Assembly: GCA_002269645.1 (NCBI GenBank)
Contig: NIVC01000822.1
Location: 186,001 to 250,000, forward strand
Origin: Macrostomum lignano
Lineage: Eukaryota
DNA length: 64,000 nt
Direction: 5' to 3'
Part shown: positions 24,525-35,825 of the stretch, one piece after another
Layout of the letters: every line of letters starts with the position of its first letter
Position numbering within the stretch: the stretch's first letter is position 1
Position numbers and translations under genes: made by a program
The notes under the pieces: generated by a model
What the model was told of the DNA's origin: nothing
Databases searched by the model: none
Seen by the model: the letters and a program-made list of their open reading frames with translations, nothing else

Positions 24525-27500
24525 GTGATGGCCGCCGGCACCGTAGAATTGCCCCCGCACTCGGAAACCCTGATTCCCAGTCGTGTCCTCGACTCTTCGC
24601 CGTACACCTCCGGTATAGTCATGTCCCGGATCCTCGGACCAGAGACCGAAAAGTTGGTAGCTAAGACTCTAGACTCAGTTAGCGATACTAACCACATACT
24701 AGTGCGCGTGCTCAACAGTGGGGAGCAGCCCATTCAGATAACTAGGGGGCAAGAAATTGCCTCATTCCAGGAATTAGATAGTCATGAGGTCATAGCTCAG
24801 ACGACCCTGAAGGAGTCTGACTTTAGTCTGGACAATGTAGCTAACCTCACAAGCCAACTCAGCAAACTGCCGCCGCCTAGTAGGGAGCTAGCCAAATGGC
24901 TGACAACGCAGTTCCAACTCGATCAAGCCAAATTGTCTAGGGGCCAACTCGCCACCGTATTGAAACTGCTCAACTACTTCAATAGCCAGATTTCTAGATC
25001 AAACGCAGATTTAGGCATCACATTACACGAGATGGGCATAGAATTAATAGATCCCAAGGCCAAGCCTGTTGCACAACCATACAGGCGCACTACGCCAGCC
25101 CAAAAGGAATTCCTAGATCAGAACATAGCGCAGATGCTCGAGCAAGGGGTCATCGAGGAATGTGACTCCGACTGGGTGTCCCCTATCGTTCTAGTCAAGA
25201 AGAAGGACGGCACTCAACGCTTGTGTATAGACTATAGGGCCGTCAATAAGCTCATCAGGCCGTGTAGCTTCCCCCTGCCACTCATCGAAGAATCTTTTGA
25301 CAGCCTTGCTGGGGCCACTGTATTCTCTAGCCTAGACCTGACCTCTGCGTACTGGCAGGTAGGGATTAAAGAGGAGGCTAGGGACTACACTGCTTTTGCC
25401 TGCCCCCAGGGCACTTTCCGCTGGAAGGTAGTACCATTTGGGATCAAGACAGCGCCTGCCAATTTCGCGAAACTAATGCACAAAGTGTTTAGGCCTCTCC
25501 TGATGAAGGTCAGCCTCATCTATCTAGATGAAATCATCATTAAGGCTGTCAACAATGACCAAATGATCGCGCATCTCGCGCTGGTCCTCTGGCAGCTTAG
25601 AAAAGCCGGTCTCAAAATTAAGCCGTCTAAGTGTGAGTTGTTCAAGGACAAGGTTGCCTTCCTGGGGTTCGTTGCGTCTAGCCGGGGCATTAAGGCTGAC
25701 CCAGCGAAAACCCAGGCTGTCCAAGAGTGGCCTAAACCGCTTTCTAAGAAACAACTCTTATCCTTCTTAGGATTCGCGAATTACTACCGGAAATTTGTGC
25801 CGCGATTCTCAATCATCGCCACACCTTTGTATGCCTTAGCCAAAAAGGATGCTCCGTTTCTATGGCAACCGCATCATGAACGGGCTTTCCAAGAACTCAA
25901 ACATAGTCTCTGTTCACCACCGATTCTGGCGTATCCAGACCTCTCTGCCAAGGGGCGCGAATTTATTTTGGACTGCGATAGCTCGCTTGACGGCACCGGG
26001 GGTGTGCTGTACCAGCTCGGGCCAGATGGCCAAGAGAAAGTCATAGCTTACGCTTCCAAGAAATTCAACAGTAGCCAGAGAAACTACTGCGCCACCATGA
26101 GGGAGTTGCTAGGGCTCGTTCTGATGCTCGAGCACTTCCGTCCTTACCTATTAGACAAGCCTTTCACTGTCCGGGTGGACGCGGCCGCGCTCAAATGGCT
26201 GCATTCTAAGAAACATGCCACTGGTATGCTGGCCCAATGGCTTGCCACCATTGAACTGTACCCGCTGAAGGTTCAGCAGTCCACTCTAGAACTAATAGCC
26301 GAATACGATTTCACAGTCCAGTACCGTCCAGGCGTTGACCACGTGCCTGCTGACGCTCTTAGCAGACTGCCAAAATTCAGAGCCGATCACTTTGACTGCC
26401 CGACGTGCAGCCAGATTCCAGAATTTAAAGGGAAATTCCTGGACCAAGACCCAAAGCACCGGCGTACGCCCCCCTCTAGAGAACTGCGTCAGGTGTGCGT
26501 CCAGACCATAGGCATTAGCGTAGCGTGTCAGACTGACACAGATGCCCCGGCTGAACCAACGCCGAATGTCCGCGCTACTGCTAGCGGTGCTGTCCCTAGC
26601 CCAGAGACTGAATCCCGTCAGCCTGAAACCGAATCCCAAGTGCCACCTGAGCTCATCTGGGCCCAGAATGCCCAGGACTCCTGTGTTGACATGGCGCGCT
26701 TAATCGCCAGTGTCCAGGGTAAGGCTGAGCCATTGTCCAAGGCCGAACTGCAGGGTTGTAGCCGGGAAATACGCTCACTCTGGGCTCAATTCAATGACCT
26801 TGAAGTAGTCGAGGGTCTATTGTACTTAGCCAAATCTTCCAAAGCCAAAACTGCCAACAGACGCCTGGTGGTACCTGAGACCGCAGACGTCAGTCATCTG
26901 GTCCTTCAGTATCATGGCCAGTTGAACCATTGCGGTATCACCAAGACGATGGCCGCCCTGAAGGCGCGCTTCGTTATTTCCGACTTAGATACTATAGTCA
27001 AGGGGGTCCTGGCCGAATGCACCGTTTGCGCTAAGACTAAGAAGTCAAAGCGTAAGCTCAAGGCCCCTATGCAACCAGAACTGTCCGGCTACCCGAACCA
27101 GGTTGTCCACGTGGGCCACGCAGGCCCATTCGAAGAGTGTGAGGGGTACAAGTACCTGCTGGTTATGATTGACCGGTTCACCGGGTTTGTCGAAGTAGTT
27201 CCTGTTTCCGACGTCAGCGCAGAGACCACTGTCACAACCATCCTGACTGAATGGGTTACCAGGTATGGGGTGATGGAGCAGTTGGTGTCTGATAACGGAA
27301 CTGCCTTCATCAATAGTACCATGATAGAATTAACTAGGCTCCTACAGATTGACATGGGTCGGATCACAGCCCGTCGCCCTCAGGCTAACGGTAAAGCTGA
27401 GAGGATGATCCAGACGGTGAAAGCCCAGATTAGAGCCATCTGTCTTGAGAGACAATGCGACTGGCCCCTTGCCAGTCGCCTGGCCGCCATGTCAATCCGT

Positions 27501-28499
27501 GCCACAGTCGCCGAATCCACCGGATTTACTCCAGCTAAACTTTTCTTCGGGCGTGAGTTCGAACTGCCGCTCGACCTCTGTCACAATCCACCGCCAAATG
27601 AGCACTACCAGCCGGAAAAGTACGCCCACCAGTTGCACCGCACGCTAGTTGAAACCTCTGCCCTAGCCCGCCGCACTAGGGGTAAAGCCCAGGACAGGCA
27701 GAAAAGGTATTATGACCGCCGCGCCCTCCGCGCTGAGTTCCACGAGGGAGAATTAGTCTGGGTCTTGAACCCGAATCACAAGGGCATAGAACCCGCTGTG
27801 TGGTTGGGGCCATACCGAGTAGTGCAGCGCTGCTCCGAGCGGACTTACCGTTTAGTTCCCGAGTATGGTCTCCTAAACCCAGCAGATCGGGTGCAAAATC
27901 CGCGCCATAACATTTACAACATTGACCGTCTCAAACCGTGTATCAGACAGCCCACTTACCAAGACGTAGTTGACCGGTATGGTGAGGCCACCCATGCCAG
28001 GTCTCCAGCACCTAGTGTGAACCCGCCCAGCGGACCCACGAGCGAGCTTAGCCTCGTCACCATTCCCCAGCCTCCCTCTGCCCGGCCAGAGAGCCCACGC
28101 AGAGCACCAGGGCCAAACCCACCACCGCCAGCTTCAGGCGCCTTTGAGGAGGAGGCGGGAGCTGCAGCTGGAGAAGGCCAACCATTCGCCGAAGCTGGCG
28201 ATGCTGTAGCCATTGAGGGACAGCCACAGCCAGACACTGACACTGACAGCACAGACACTGACACCAGCCATAGCCAAGACAGCTCAGAATCGCTGTACAC
28301 GGCTTCCTTGGGGGACCCTTCCTCCGAGCAATTAGAACCACCTGAGATTGCTGCGAATCCAGTCGCTGCGCAAGCAGCTGAGCCACCAGCCCCGGCTGAC
28401 GTACCCAGATCCAGGTACGGACGCCCCATCCGCCCGCCTGTCAGGTACCGGACCTGTCAAGTGTCCGACCTGCTCCAGCAGTGGGGAAGCAGACACTAA
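24525..28499 (+). CDS. pol: Pol (RT, RNase H, integrase), probably inactivated
   Basis: Same frame as the protease, separated by one TGA (24519-24521). RT YLDE (family YLDD), RNase H LDCDSS, HHCC zinc finger, integrase VHVGHAGP (first Asp appears as Gly), SDNG, GKAER. Confidence 0.92.
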   Translation: MMAAGTVELPPHSETLIPSRVLDSSPYTSGIVMSRILGPETEKLVAKTLDSVSDTNHILVRVLNSGEQPIQITRGQEIASFQELDSHEVIAQTTLKESDFSLDNVANLTSQLSKLPPPSRELAKWLTTQFQLDQAKLSRGQLATVLKLLNYFNSQISRSNADLGITLHEMGIELIDPKAKPVAQPYRRTTPAQKEFLDQNIAQMLEQGVIEECDSDWVSPIVLVKKKDGTQRLCIDYRAVNKLIRPCSFPLPLIEESFDSLAGATVFSSLDLTSAYWQVGIKEEARDYTAFACPQGTFRWKVVPFGIKTAPANFAKLMHKVFRPLLMKVSLIYLDEIIIKAVNNDQMIAHLALVLWQLRKAGLKIKPSKCELFKDKVAFLGFVASSRGIKADPAKTQAVQEWPKPLSKKQLLSFLGFANYYRKFVPRFSIIATPLYALAKKDAPFLWQPHHERAFQELKHSLCSPPILAYPDLSAKGREFILDCDSSLDGTGGVLYQLGPDGQEKVIAYASKKFNSSQRNYCATMRELLGLVLMLEHFRPYLLDKPFTVRVDAAALKWLHSKKHATGMLAQWLATIELYPLKVQQSTLELIAEYDFTVQYRPGVDHVPADALSRLPKFRADHFDCPTCSQIPEFKGKFLDQDPKHRRTPPSRELRQVCVQTIGISVACQTDTDAPAEPTPNVRATASGAVPSPETESRQPETESQVPPELIWAQNAQDSCVDMARLIASVQGKAEPLSKAELQGCSREIRSLWAQFNDLEVVEGLLYLAKSSKAKTANRRLVVPETADVSHLVLQYHGQLNHCGITKTMAALKARFVISDLDTIVKGVLAECTVCAKTKKSKRKLKAPMQPELSGYPNQVVHVGHAGPFEECEGYKYLLVMIDRFTGFVEVVPVSDVSAETTVTTILTEWVTRYGVMEQLVSDNGTAFINSTMIELTRLLQIDMGRITARRPQANGKAERMIQTVKAQIRAICLERQCDWPLASRLAAMSIRATVAESTGFTPAKLFFGREFELPLDLCHNPPPNEHYQPEKYAHQLHRTLVETSALARRTRGKAQDRQKRYYDRRALRAEFHEGELVWVLNPNHKGIEPAVWLGPYRVVQRCSERTYRLVPEYGLLNPADRVQNPRHNIYNIDRLKPCIRQPTYQDVVDRYGEATHARSPAPSVNPPSGPTSELSLVTIPQPPSARPESPRRAPGPNPPPPASGAFEEEAGAAAGEGQPFAEAGDAVAIEGQPQPDTDTDSTDTDTSHSQDSSESLYTASLGDPSSEQLEPPEIAANPVAAQAAEPPAPADVPRSRYGRPIRPPVRYRTCQVSDLLQQWGSRH

Positions 28500-28508
28500 C
28501 CGCCAGTT

Positions 28509-28633
28509 TTACACGCCCCGGGCAAGGCGTAAAACTACCTCCTGTGGCACCTGCCGGCCACAGGTCACTGCGGCACCTGTAGACCGCAAGCTTACACGCC
28601 CCGGGCAAGGCGTAAAACTACCTCCTGTGGCAC
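28509..28633. repeat. Two identical 42-bp direct repeats 3' of pol
   Basis: ttacacgccccgggcaaggcgtaaaactacctcctgtggcac at 28509-28550 and 28592-28633. Confidence 0.9.
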
Positions 28634-29334
28634 AGGTCCCTGCGGCATCTGCCAGCCACAGACCACAAAACACAAGCCACAAGCCAAACTAGTTAATTCA
28701 AAAGTAAACTAAAAAAATAATGCATATATTGGTCGAAATATGATTATGAGATGAATATTATAAATATAATAGTTGTCAAAAATATATTGCAGTAGTTCTC
28801 CGCCTGCATCGTCATTGCCGTAGTCTATAAAATATACTAGGGCGCGTATGCCCCTGTAAGCCTAATTAAATAGTGATAGCAAGGATAGTATAACATTATA
28901 GCAATGGCAAAAAATAATTAATAGCTTAGAATAATCCTATAGCATCCGTTCGGTGTTACCGAAGTCGATGAAATGTATAAGAGCGTCACCTCTGACGTTA
29001 ATACCCCCCCCAAAACCATATAATGTGCAATAGACGGTTGGTAATTAAAGCATAACTACTGGCGACGAGTGAAACTCATAAATAACTCAAAAAGAAAATA
29101 AAAACTGAAAAAACAACCATTGAAAACTCGGAAAAAATGCATATAGGAACATAGCTAGCTTAGTTCGCTGCTTAGCCCATTGACGAGTGCAGCATCGCTT
29201 TCGCTGTTGTCGAAAATGAGCTGTAGCTCGTCACCAAATTTCGCAAATTTCATAATATAGCTATTAGAGATAATATTTGTGGGGTAAAAGTACACACATG
29301 CACACACACACACACCGCAAGCACGCTCTCTCTG

Positions 29335-29770
29335 CCTTTGGCGCGTAGCGCCATCCTCTGCCTTTGGCGCGTGGCGCCATCCTCTGCCTTGGCGCGTGGC
29401 GCCGTTCTCCGCCTGGCGCGTTGCGCCTTCTTCTGCCTTGGCGCGTGGCGCCGTTTCTCTGCCTGGCGCGCTGCGCCGTTTCCGCCTGGCGCGTGGCGCC
29501 GTTCTCTGCCGTGGCGCGTGGCGCCGTTTCCTGCCTTGGCGCGCTGCGCCGTCTTTGCCTTGGCGCGTTGCGCCGTCTCTGCCTTGGCGCGTTGCGCCGT
29601 CTCTGCCTTGGCGCGTTGCGCCGTCTCTGCCTGGCGCGCTGCGCCGTTCTCCGCCTGGCGCGCTGCGCCGTCTCTGCCTTGGCGCGCTGCGCCGTGTCTC
29701 CGCCTTGGGCGCTCTTGCGCCGGTTTCTCCCTTCCGCCTTGGCGCGCCGTGTCCCGCCGCCCTTGACGCT
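29335..29770. repeat. Tandem array (~24-nt period, about 15 intact units) of GGCGC-GNN-GCGCC mini-palindromes
   Basis: Units such as tgccttggcgcgttgcgccgtctc; source of the spurious overlapping ORFs at 29250-29987. Confidence 0.92.
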
Positions 29771-30240
29771 TGGCGTCGTTTGCCCGCAGTTGTCCGGACT
29801 GTGCCTCTGTTCCGTGCCTCTGCTCTGCATCCTTTGCCTCATCCATCTGTCACCCTTGTTCTGTGTTTGCCTCATCCATCGTATCACTTCTGCGCGTCCT
29901 TTGTCGTTTTTGTGTTCGCGCGCGCCGCGCGCTCCGTCGTGCACTACTTTCCGTAACCACTGTCATATTTTTGTTCTGTTTTTGTAACACCACCATGTTG
30001 TATTGCTCGTGCTCACCGCGCTCTACTGCCCTGTAATGTTCTGCTCCCGTAATAGTCTGTAGCCTTTGGAACTTTGTAATTTTGTCCGGTAATCATATAC
30101 TCCTACATACTACTCAAGCTCCCTGTAGTTCGCTCTGCTATAATTTCATACGCTGCGGTCACGTTGTGTTTTTCTTGCCGTCACCCCGCGTGTTGGTTTT
30201 CTTTTTGCGCGACCCTATCCTTTTTCGTAAGGGAGGCGGG

Positions 30241-31061
30241 TGTGACGTTGTCAGTTTAAGGTGGTCCCGAAAAGGGCCGTTGGACTGCTGTTCTCCATAG
30301 TCATTCAACCCTTCAGTTTCACCGTTTCAACTAAACTTTTCCATTTGTTTATTGCGACGTTTACTTGTAGTAGTGCCCAACGATTTTGTGGCAAATTCTA
30401 ATTCACTGTATATTTTGCTATCCTCTCTCGCGACCGTATAAAATTGGCACGATCGATAATTTTAAGTTCTCTCGCCAGCCAATGAAAATCACTCGTGCTC
30501 GCGCTACCCCCCTCTGCGCTCTTTTATTAAACCCCCGCCTGGCGGCGGGCACTCCTCACTCCCGTCCTTATCTGTGCCTCTCTCCCCACTCCCTGTCTGT
30601 CCTTGGCCTTGTGTGTGTTTTTGCGTTCCTGTCTGGCTGCCTCGAGCCTCCTTTTTCTCGCCACGGCCTCTCTGCCTGGGCCAGCCTGCTCACACACTTA
30701 CTTAACTGTCTCACGCCACGACCGACGCCAAACCCGCCACTACGTTTCACTGCCTTCACTGTGCTCATAGCCTCTGCTCACGTCACATCGCCATTGTGTC
30801 ATTCGCCTGCCACTTGACTTCATATCCAAATTATATTCAACCCATTGTTGCAGCCGCCAGTGCCCAGAAAGCTATAGTCTGTTTATTGCCAGTAACAACC
30901 AAACTTAATACTGATATTAACAATAAAGACAACTACGGCAGTTCCTGCCTTTATCGCCAAGTGCTCCGCTACACCATCCACTTCGCCTAAGTTGACTTCA
31001 ACTTATTTTGGGACTAAAACGGCCCTTTTAAGGGTCACGGCCAACATCAAATAACGTGACA
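30241..31061 (+). repeat. 3' LTR of gypsy A (821 bp)
   Basis: TGTGACG...CGTGACA, preceded by the PPT. Confidence 0.95.
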
Positions 31062-32542
31062 ATACCATGCTCCTAAGCCATTTATGCTATATAAATACCC
31101 TTCAGCCAAATTTTCCTCTGGCAATTAATGTCTGATGACCTTGGGACTGCTAAGCGTCGTCGCCGGGACTATACCGTGCGCTACAGGACTGGTGTTAGGC
31201 GACATACTCCAGCTCAAACAGCCAGCGAGCGAATGATGCGACACCGTACACCAAAGAATGTACTAGATCATCATTGTACAGATGTAACAACTGTTGAAGA
31301 AAACTCAGCCAACTCTGGTACTGAAGACACGTATGACGAAAATAATTGTTTTATTGAAGTCGAGGAAAATTATGTCAGTCTATTGGAGTCGGACATTAGA
31401 ACTCAATTAGATGTTCCCGATTGTGCCAGCGAAAATGATCAACTCAATCAGAACAGCTACCTGCTTGATCTGAATGAGATGCTACTTGTCGAAGGGCATT
31501 GTCTTACCGTTGGTCAAGCTGTAGTCATGCTACAAAAATTAGCAGCAGATGCTGGGCTCACAAAAATTCATAAGCAGGATCTACTCACACTAATCAACAA
31601 AATTTTGCCGAATTCACGACTGCCAACGACAACACAGACTGGACGTTGCATTCGGAGTCCTTCAAACTGCCAAAGGCACATCCATATCATATATAGTTTG
31701 CGAATCTTGTCTGAGTGCAGTTGAGGGCAGGCTTAAAGCGAAGCAAATGTGTCCGAACTGCGGTGCCAGCTCTCTAGGCCAATTCTGGTGCCTAGATATC
31801 GAAACTAAAGGGCGTACTATGATTGAGGCTGGTGGAATGCTGAAACATGTCGAATTTCCTGCTGATCTTTGCCGTCGCTTGGAACCCGGCATCCTTCATT
31901 ATGCAAATAGTAACCTGTACAGACGCTTCTTGCAGACAATCGACATTGACACGCGTTCTGATCTGTCATACAGCATTTGCTGTGATGGAATTCCGATGCA
32001 AACGACGTCAATTGTCGAAGTGTGTCCAGTGTACCTGACAATTATTGAAGTCAATCGATCTGTCCAGCATCGTTTCGTGGCGATCTGTGGTGTTTGGGCC
32101 GGGAAGGAAAAGCTTCAGTGTCGCTTTTTTGCCTTTGGTGGTTGAACGGCTTAACCGCCTACTGCACCCAGGAGTTACGTATACCGACGAAACTGGAGAG
32201 AAACGAGTTCTGCGTCTGCATCAATTTGTTGCAATATTTGATGCCCCTGCACGAGCAGACGCTCTAGGCTTTAAGAGGTAAAATGCCCATTTCGGTTGCG
32301 ACAAGTGCTATATTCGCACACAGAAGCAGCCTGGTGGTTATGGCCGCTTTTATCCTATGCAAATCAGCCAGGGTATGCTTCAAGATGCGCGCAATGAAGG
32401 CTGTGACCATCCGGAATTGCGTACAATCTTAGACACCATACATTTGGCGAAGCGGCAGGAGGACCGAGATGCAGGATTGCGAACAACGTCCGATATTCTT
32501 GGAGTAAAGGTTCTGTCACCTCTGGCTCAATTATCTGGCTTT

Positions 32543-35500
32543 CTCGGTGGGAAAACTCGTAGCGGCCCTCTGGCGGCCCGTGCGAGATTTGACGCTATCG
32601 TGGCGACAAGAGGAGAAACATAAATTCGTGTAAAATTCGGAATAGAAAGGATTGCCTGAGTCTCGTTAACTATTTATTTATGATTTTAGACGCGCAGAGT
32701 GTGAATTGGGATCAATTTTTTTTTGAGCGGCATGCTAGCTACTCATCGCTTGGAGAATGGCGTACTGGCTACAGTCGTAGTAGTGCCGCTGCGGTAAAAT
32801 AAAACAAAATATGAATGAATAAATATGTTAATGAATCTCTACCTTTCATGATTATCCCTTCCCACCATCTCTCTCCCATGATCAGTTGTGCAAGTCTTTG
32901 GAGAAGTGATACACTTGATTTTTTCTTGCTTTTTAAATTATTGTCGGATATATTGGTCTGAGCAGTCACATATTCATTCATTTTCAAACTCATTTTTCCT
33001 CTCTGACACGATTCGATCCACCACCTACTTTTTGCGGCTCTATGCTTTCTATGTTTTTAGACAGTTTAAATACAAGAAAGTTGAAATGAATAAGCATGGT
33101 TTCTACTACTATTGTGATTGCCTCATTCCCAAAATTGCTATCTTATCGGTTGTTAAGAAGTTAAGAAAGAAGTGTGTTGTCCTGGTTAGTGGTTAGTGGT
33201 TCAGCTGTATCTATGACTGTGGTATATGGCATGTTGTGAAGAATGAAGTTAGGCATAGAATAACCTATCCTAAGGCTAGACTAGAGTACATTAGCAAGCT
33301 AGGCCTATATACTACATAGGCTTGAAGATTGTCCTTTTATCTCTGAATGAGCAGTTAAATTTAGCTGTTTGACTTTAATAAATGAATTTGCCATTCACTA
33401 ATATGTAATGAGTAGACTATGATTGCCTTACACATCTCAATTGCTTGGATCTGTTTTTTGTTTAGTTGAGGGCCAGCTTAGTTAAGATCTGTCTAAACTA
33501 ACTATATTTGTGCCATTTGCTATCTTGGCCTATTTAAATGATATATATTTTTTGATGTGCTAAAATTGATTTTGTGGCTCAAATGGCTACTGGCTTTGTG
33601 GCTGTATTTTTTGTTACTAAGCTATGTCAAAAACTTCTGTCCAAACCTAGCTGCAGTGTTGCCACTATTGACATTCTTTATTATAAGCTTTGTCTAAGCC
33701 TAGTAAGCCAAGTAAGTTATACTTTTCTATATTAGCCACTAGTTACAATGCTAACCTGCTATTTTTCACTTTTCGTAAATGACAGCATTTTTCAATGAAG
33801 GGTTTACTTTTTATATGATATAAGTAAGATATCAAAATAAAGCTGTAAAAAAATGCCATAGGGTATATGCATCATTTATACTGTTGTAGGGCCGTTTAAC
33901 TGTTTATAGAAATCCTACTGCTTAGCCACCAAGTTGTACTAGGGGTGTTTGAATTATCTTAACTTATCTCACTATTGCCACCAAGTTGTTACAGGTTCTA
34001 TTTACTGTTCCTGAGTTATTTTACTATATCCCACCGCTGATACCAAGTTGTCGTAGGGTTTCTTGGAAATCTTAAGACGAATTTTATAATTTTTGAAGTT
34101 TATTTATAAGCTGGCCATTTAAACCAGTTAAATTTACTAGAAGTTAAGTTACGAGGTTAGAACTATGGGCTTTCACATTAGTACAGATTGCCCTGGTAGC
34201 GCGCAGTGCCCGAGCGGCAAGACACTGTTTAGCTAAGGGGGATTTCCTGTTTACGGATTTGCTTGTGCCACTCATGACCTGTCATTGGCTGTTCAGTTCG
34301 AACAAGCGTCTGGGATATTCCCCTTTTTCGTATTGGCTAATTACGTCTCTGTCCTTGCTAATTCGCTTATTGGCTTTTCGACTAGTCGTCTGCTGCTCTC
34401 GGTAATTTCTACCTTGTGCCCAATGAGCATTCGCTCTCCGTTCTAGCAAATAAGAGAAGGCTTGAAAGCATTTCTTCAATTTTTGTTAGGCAATTCGCCT
34501 ATGAACCAAAGATCTGATCCAAGGTTGCCTCTTTGGGCGCAAAACGAGTTGTATTTATAGTCAAAATGGGAGTGGGGCATGTTGCGTTAAAACAAAAATT
34601 TATATTTCCATGGAAAAAGGCGGCAGTTTAAGAGATACCTATGAGATCTATATCAATACTATATCTCATTTCTTAAAATGGATCAAATAATGAAAAAAAT
34701 GTAACAATTTCAGCGTGGCCGTCAGCGTGTTGTTGACCAACGACATGCAAACCAAGTTTAACCGCCATGGAGTTGACAATCGATTGCGCTTCATCGGCCA
34801 GTTGGAGGACGTAACAAAACAGGCCGCACTGCAATCTTTCCCAAAGAGCAACGAGCGGGAGATTGAGCAAGCTATAGCGGCAGCTTTGAAGAACGCGGCT
34901 GACAGGATGGGTGGCAGACAGCGCCGGATGAAAAACAGGAACAATCAGCCGGAGTGAGCGCTGCTATTGTGACTTGTGAGTTGCAAGCAATTAACTAACA
35001 ATGAGCAATCAGCCCACGTCCTCCTTCAGACGGGGGGCTTCTTATCTCCTTATCTTCCTTCTCACCCACTTAGTCCTCTTTATCTTCATGATTCGATCCA
35101 TTTATTCTCAATCCTCTGCTCCCACTGATACTCCTCTATCCCACCTCTTCATCTCTCTCCCCTCTTCCACGCTTTCTCCTTATCCTCTTCTTTTTTCTCT
35201 TCTCTCGTCCTCTTTCTTTTTTGCCCTCTTTTGTCTTCGTATTTGCTTTAATTTGGTCCTGCTCTGTATTTGTCTTTGCTTTTTGTCTTGCTTTTAATAT
35301 TGAACCAAATATATACTGTATATATATTGACTACAGACTGTCACTGGTCAACAATCACAAACTTTTTATGTAGAAAATGCGACAAAATACACTTATACCT
35401 TATTCTATCATCCCATTAACAAGCAAAGAACTTAATGAGCATGAAATAATAGCACACTCTTTTCTTAAAATAATTTTGCTCCGATGCTGCCGTCTGATAA

Positions 35501-35825
35501 ATGTTGCTGTTCCTGCGTATTTTGCTGGTGGCAACTATGCCTCTAGAAAATCAGCAGTACTGCTGGAAAAGTAGCAGGCATCTCACTGTAAATCAAGTAG
35601 TAGTACTGTACTGCAGTAGTAGTAGCGCCAGCGCTGCCGGTAAAGCGGCGGCAAAGTGGCGACATGCCGCTGGCATATCAACACTTCTGGCGGCAAAGCG
35701 GCGGCATGCCGCTGGCGGGCCGCCACGGCGGGCCGCTAGCATTTCGTGGCGCATCCCGACTGCCGGGCCGCTGGCGATACCGATGGCGGCAGCGCTGGCG
35801 GACCGCCAGCTTTTTTCCCACCGGG
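32543..35825. mobile_element. Non-autonomous CMC-like element, 3,283 bp, inserted in the transposase
   Basis: Left CTCGGTGGGAAAA vs right-end reverse complement CCCGGTGGGAAAA; TT duplication (32541-32542, 35826-35827); removal restores ...SGF-DFV...; GC-rich gcggc/gccgc subterminal repeats. Confidence 0.88.
34715..34957 (+). pseudogene. Terminal exon of a DUF4806-like accessory gene
   Basis: SFPKSNEREIEQAIAAALKNAADRMGGRQRR resembles the ...I..AI...L..A.DR.GGR C-terminus of CMC accessory proteins. Confidence 0.5.

Larger units (their letters stand above)
21748..31061 (+). mobile_element. Ty3/gypsy LTR retrotransposon A, near full length; 5' LTR 5'-truncated
   Basis: 5' LTR remnant 21748-22145 vs 3' LTR 30241-31061 (two differences seen in ~400 bp); PBS, gag, pro/pol and PPT aagggaggcggg at 30229-30240. 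Confidence 0.95.

Noticed and set aside
13525-28531. Shared 14-mer ccgggcaaggcgta between the CMC subterminus and the gypsy 3' repeats
   Set aside because: Several 14-mer matches are expected by chance in 64 kb, and there is no flanking similarity.
29335-29770. CRISPR-like appearance of palindromic repeats (also 49960-50150 and 51279-51404)
   Set aside because: There are no unique spacers of constant length, no cas genes, and the context is eukaryotic.
29250-29987. Five or six overlapping 140-230 aa ORFs (AQRA/RCAV/WRVAP repeats)
   Set aside because: They are artefacts of the stop-free GGCGC repeat array.
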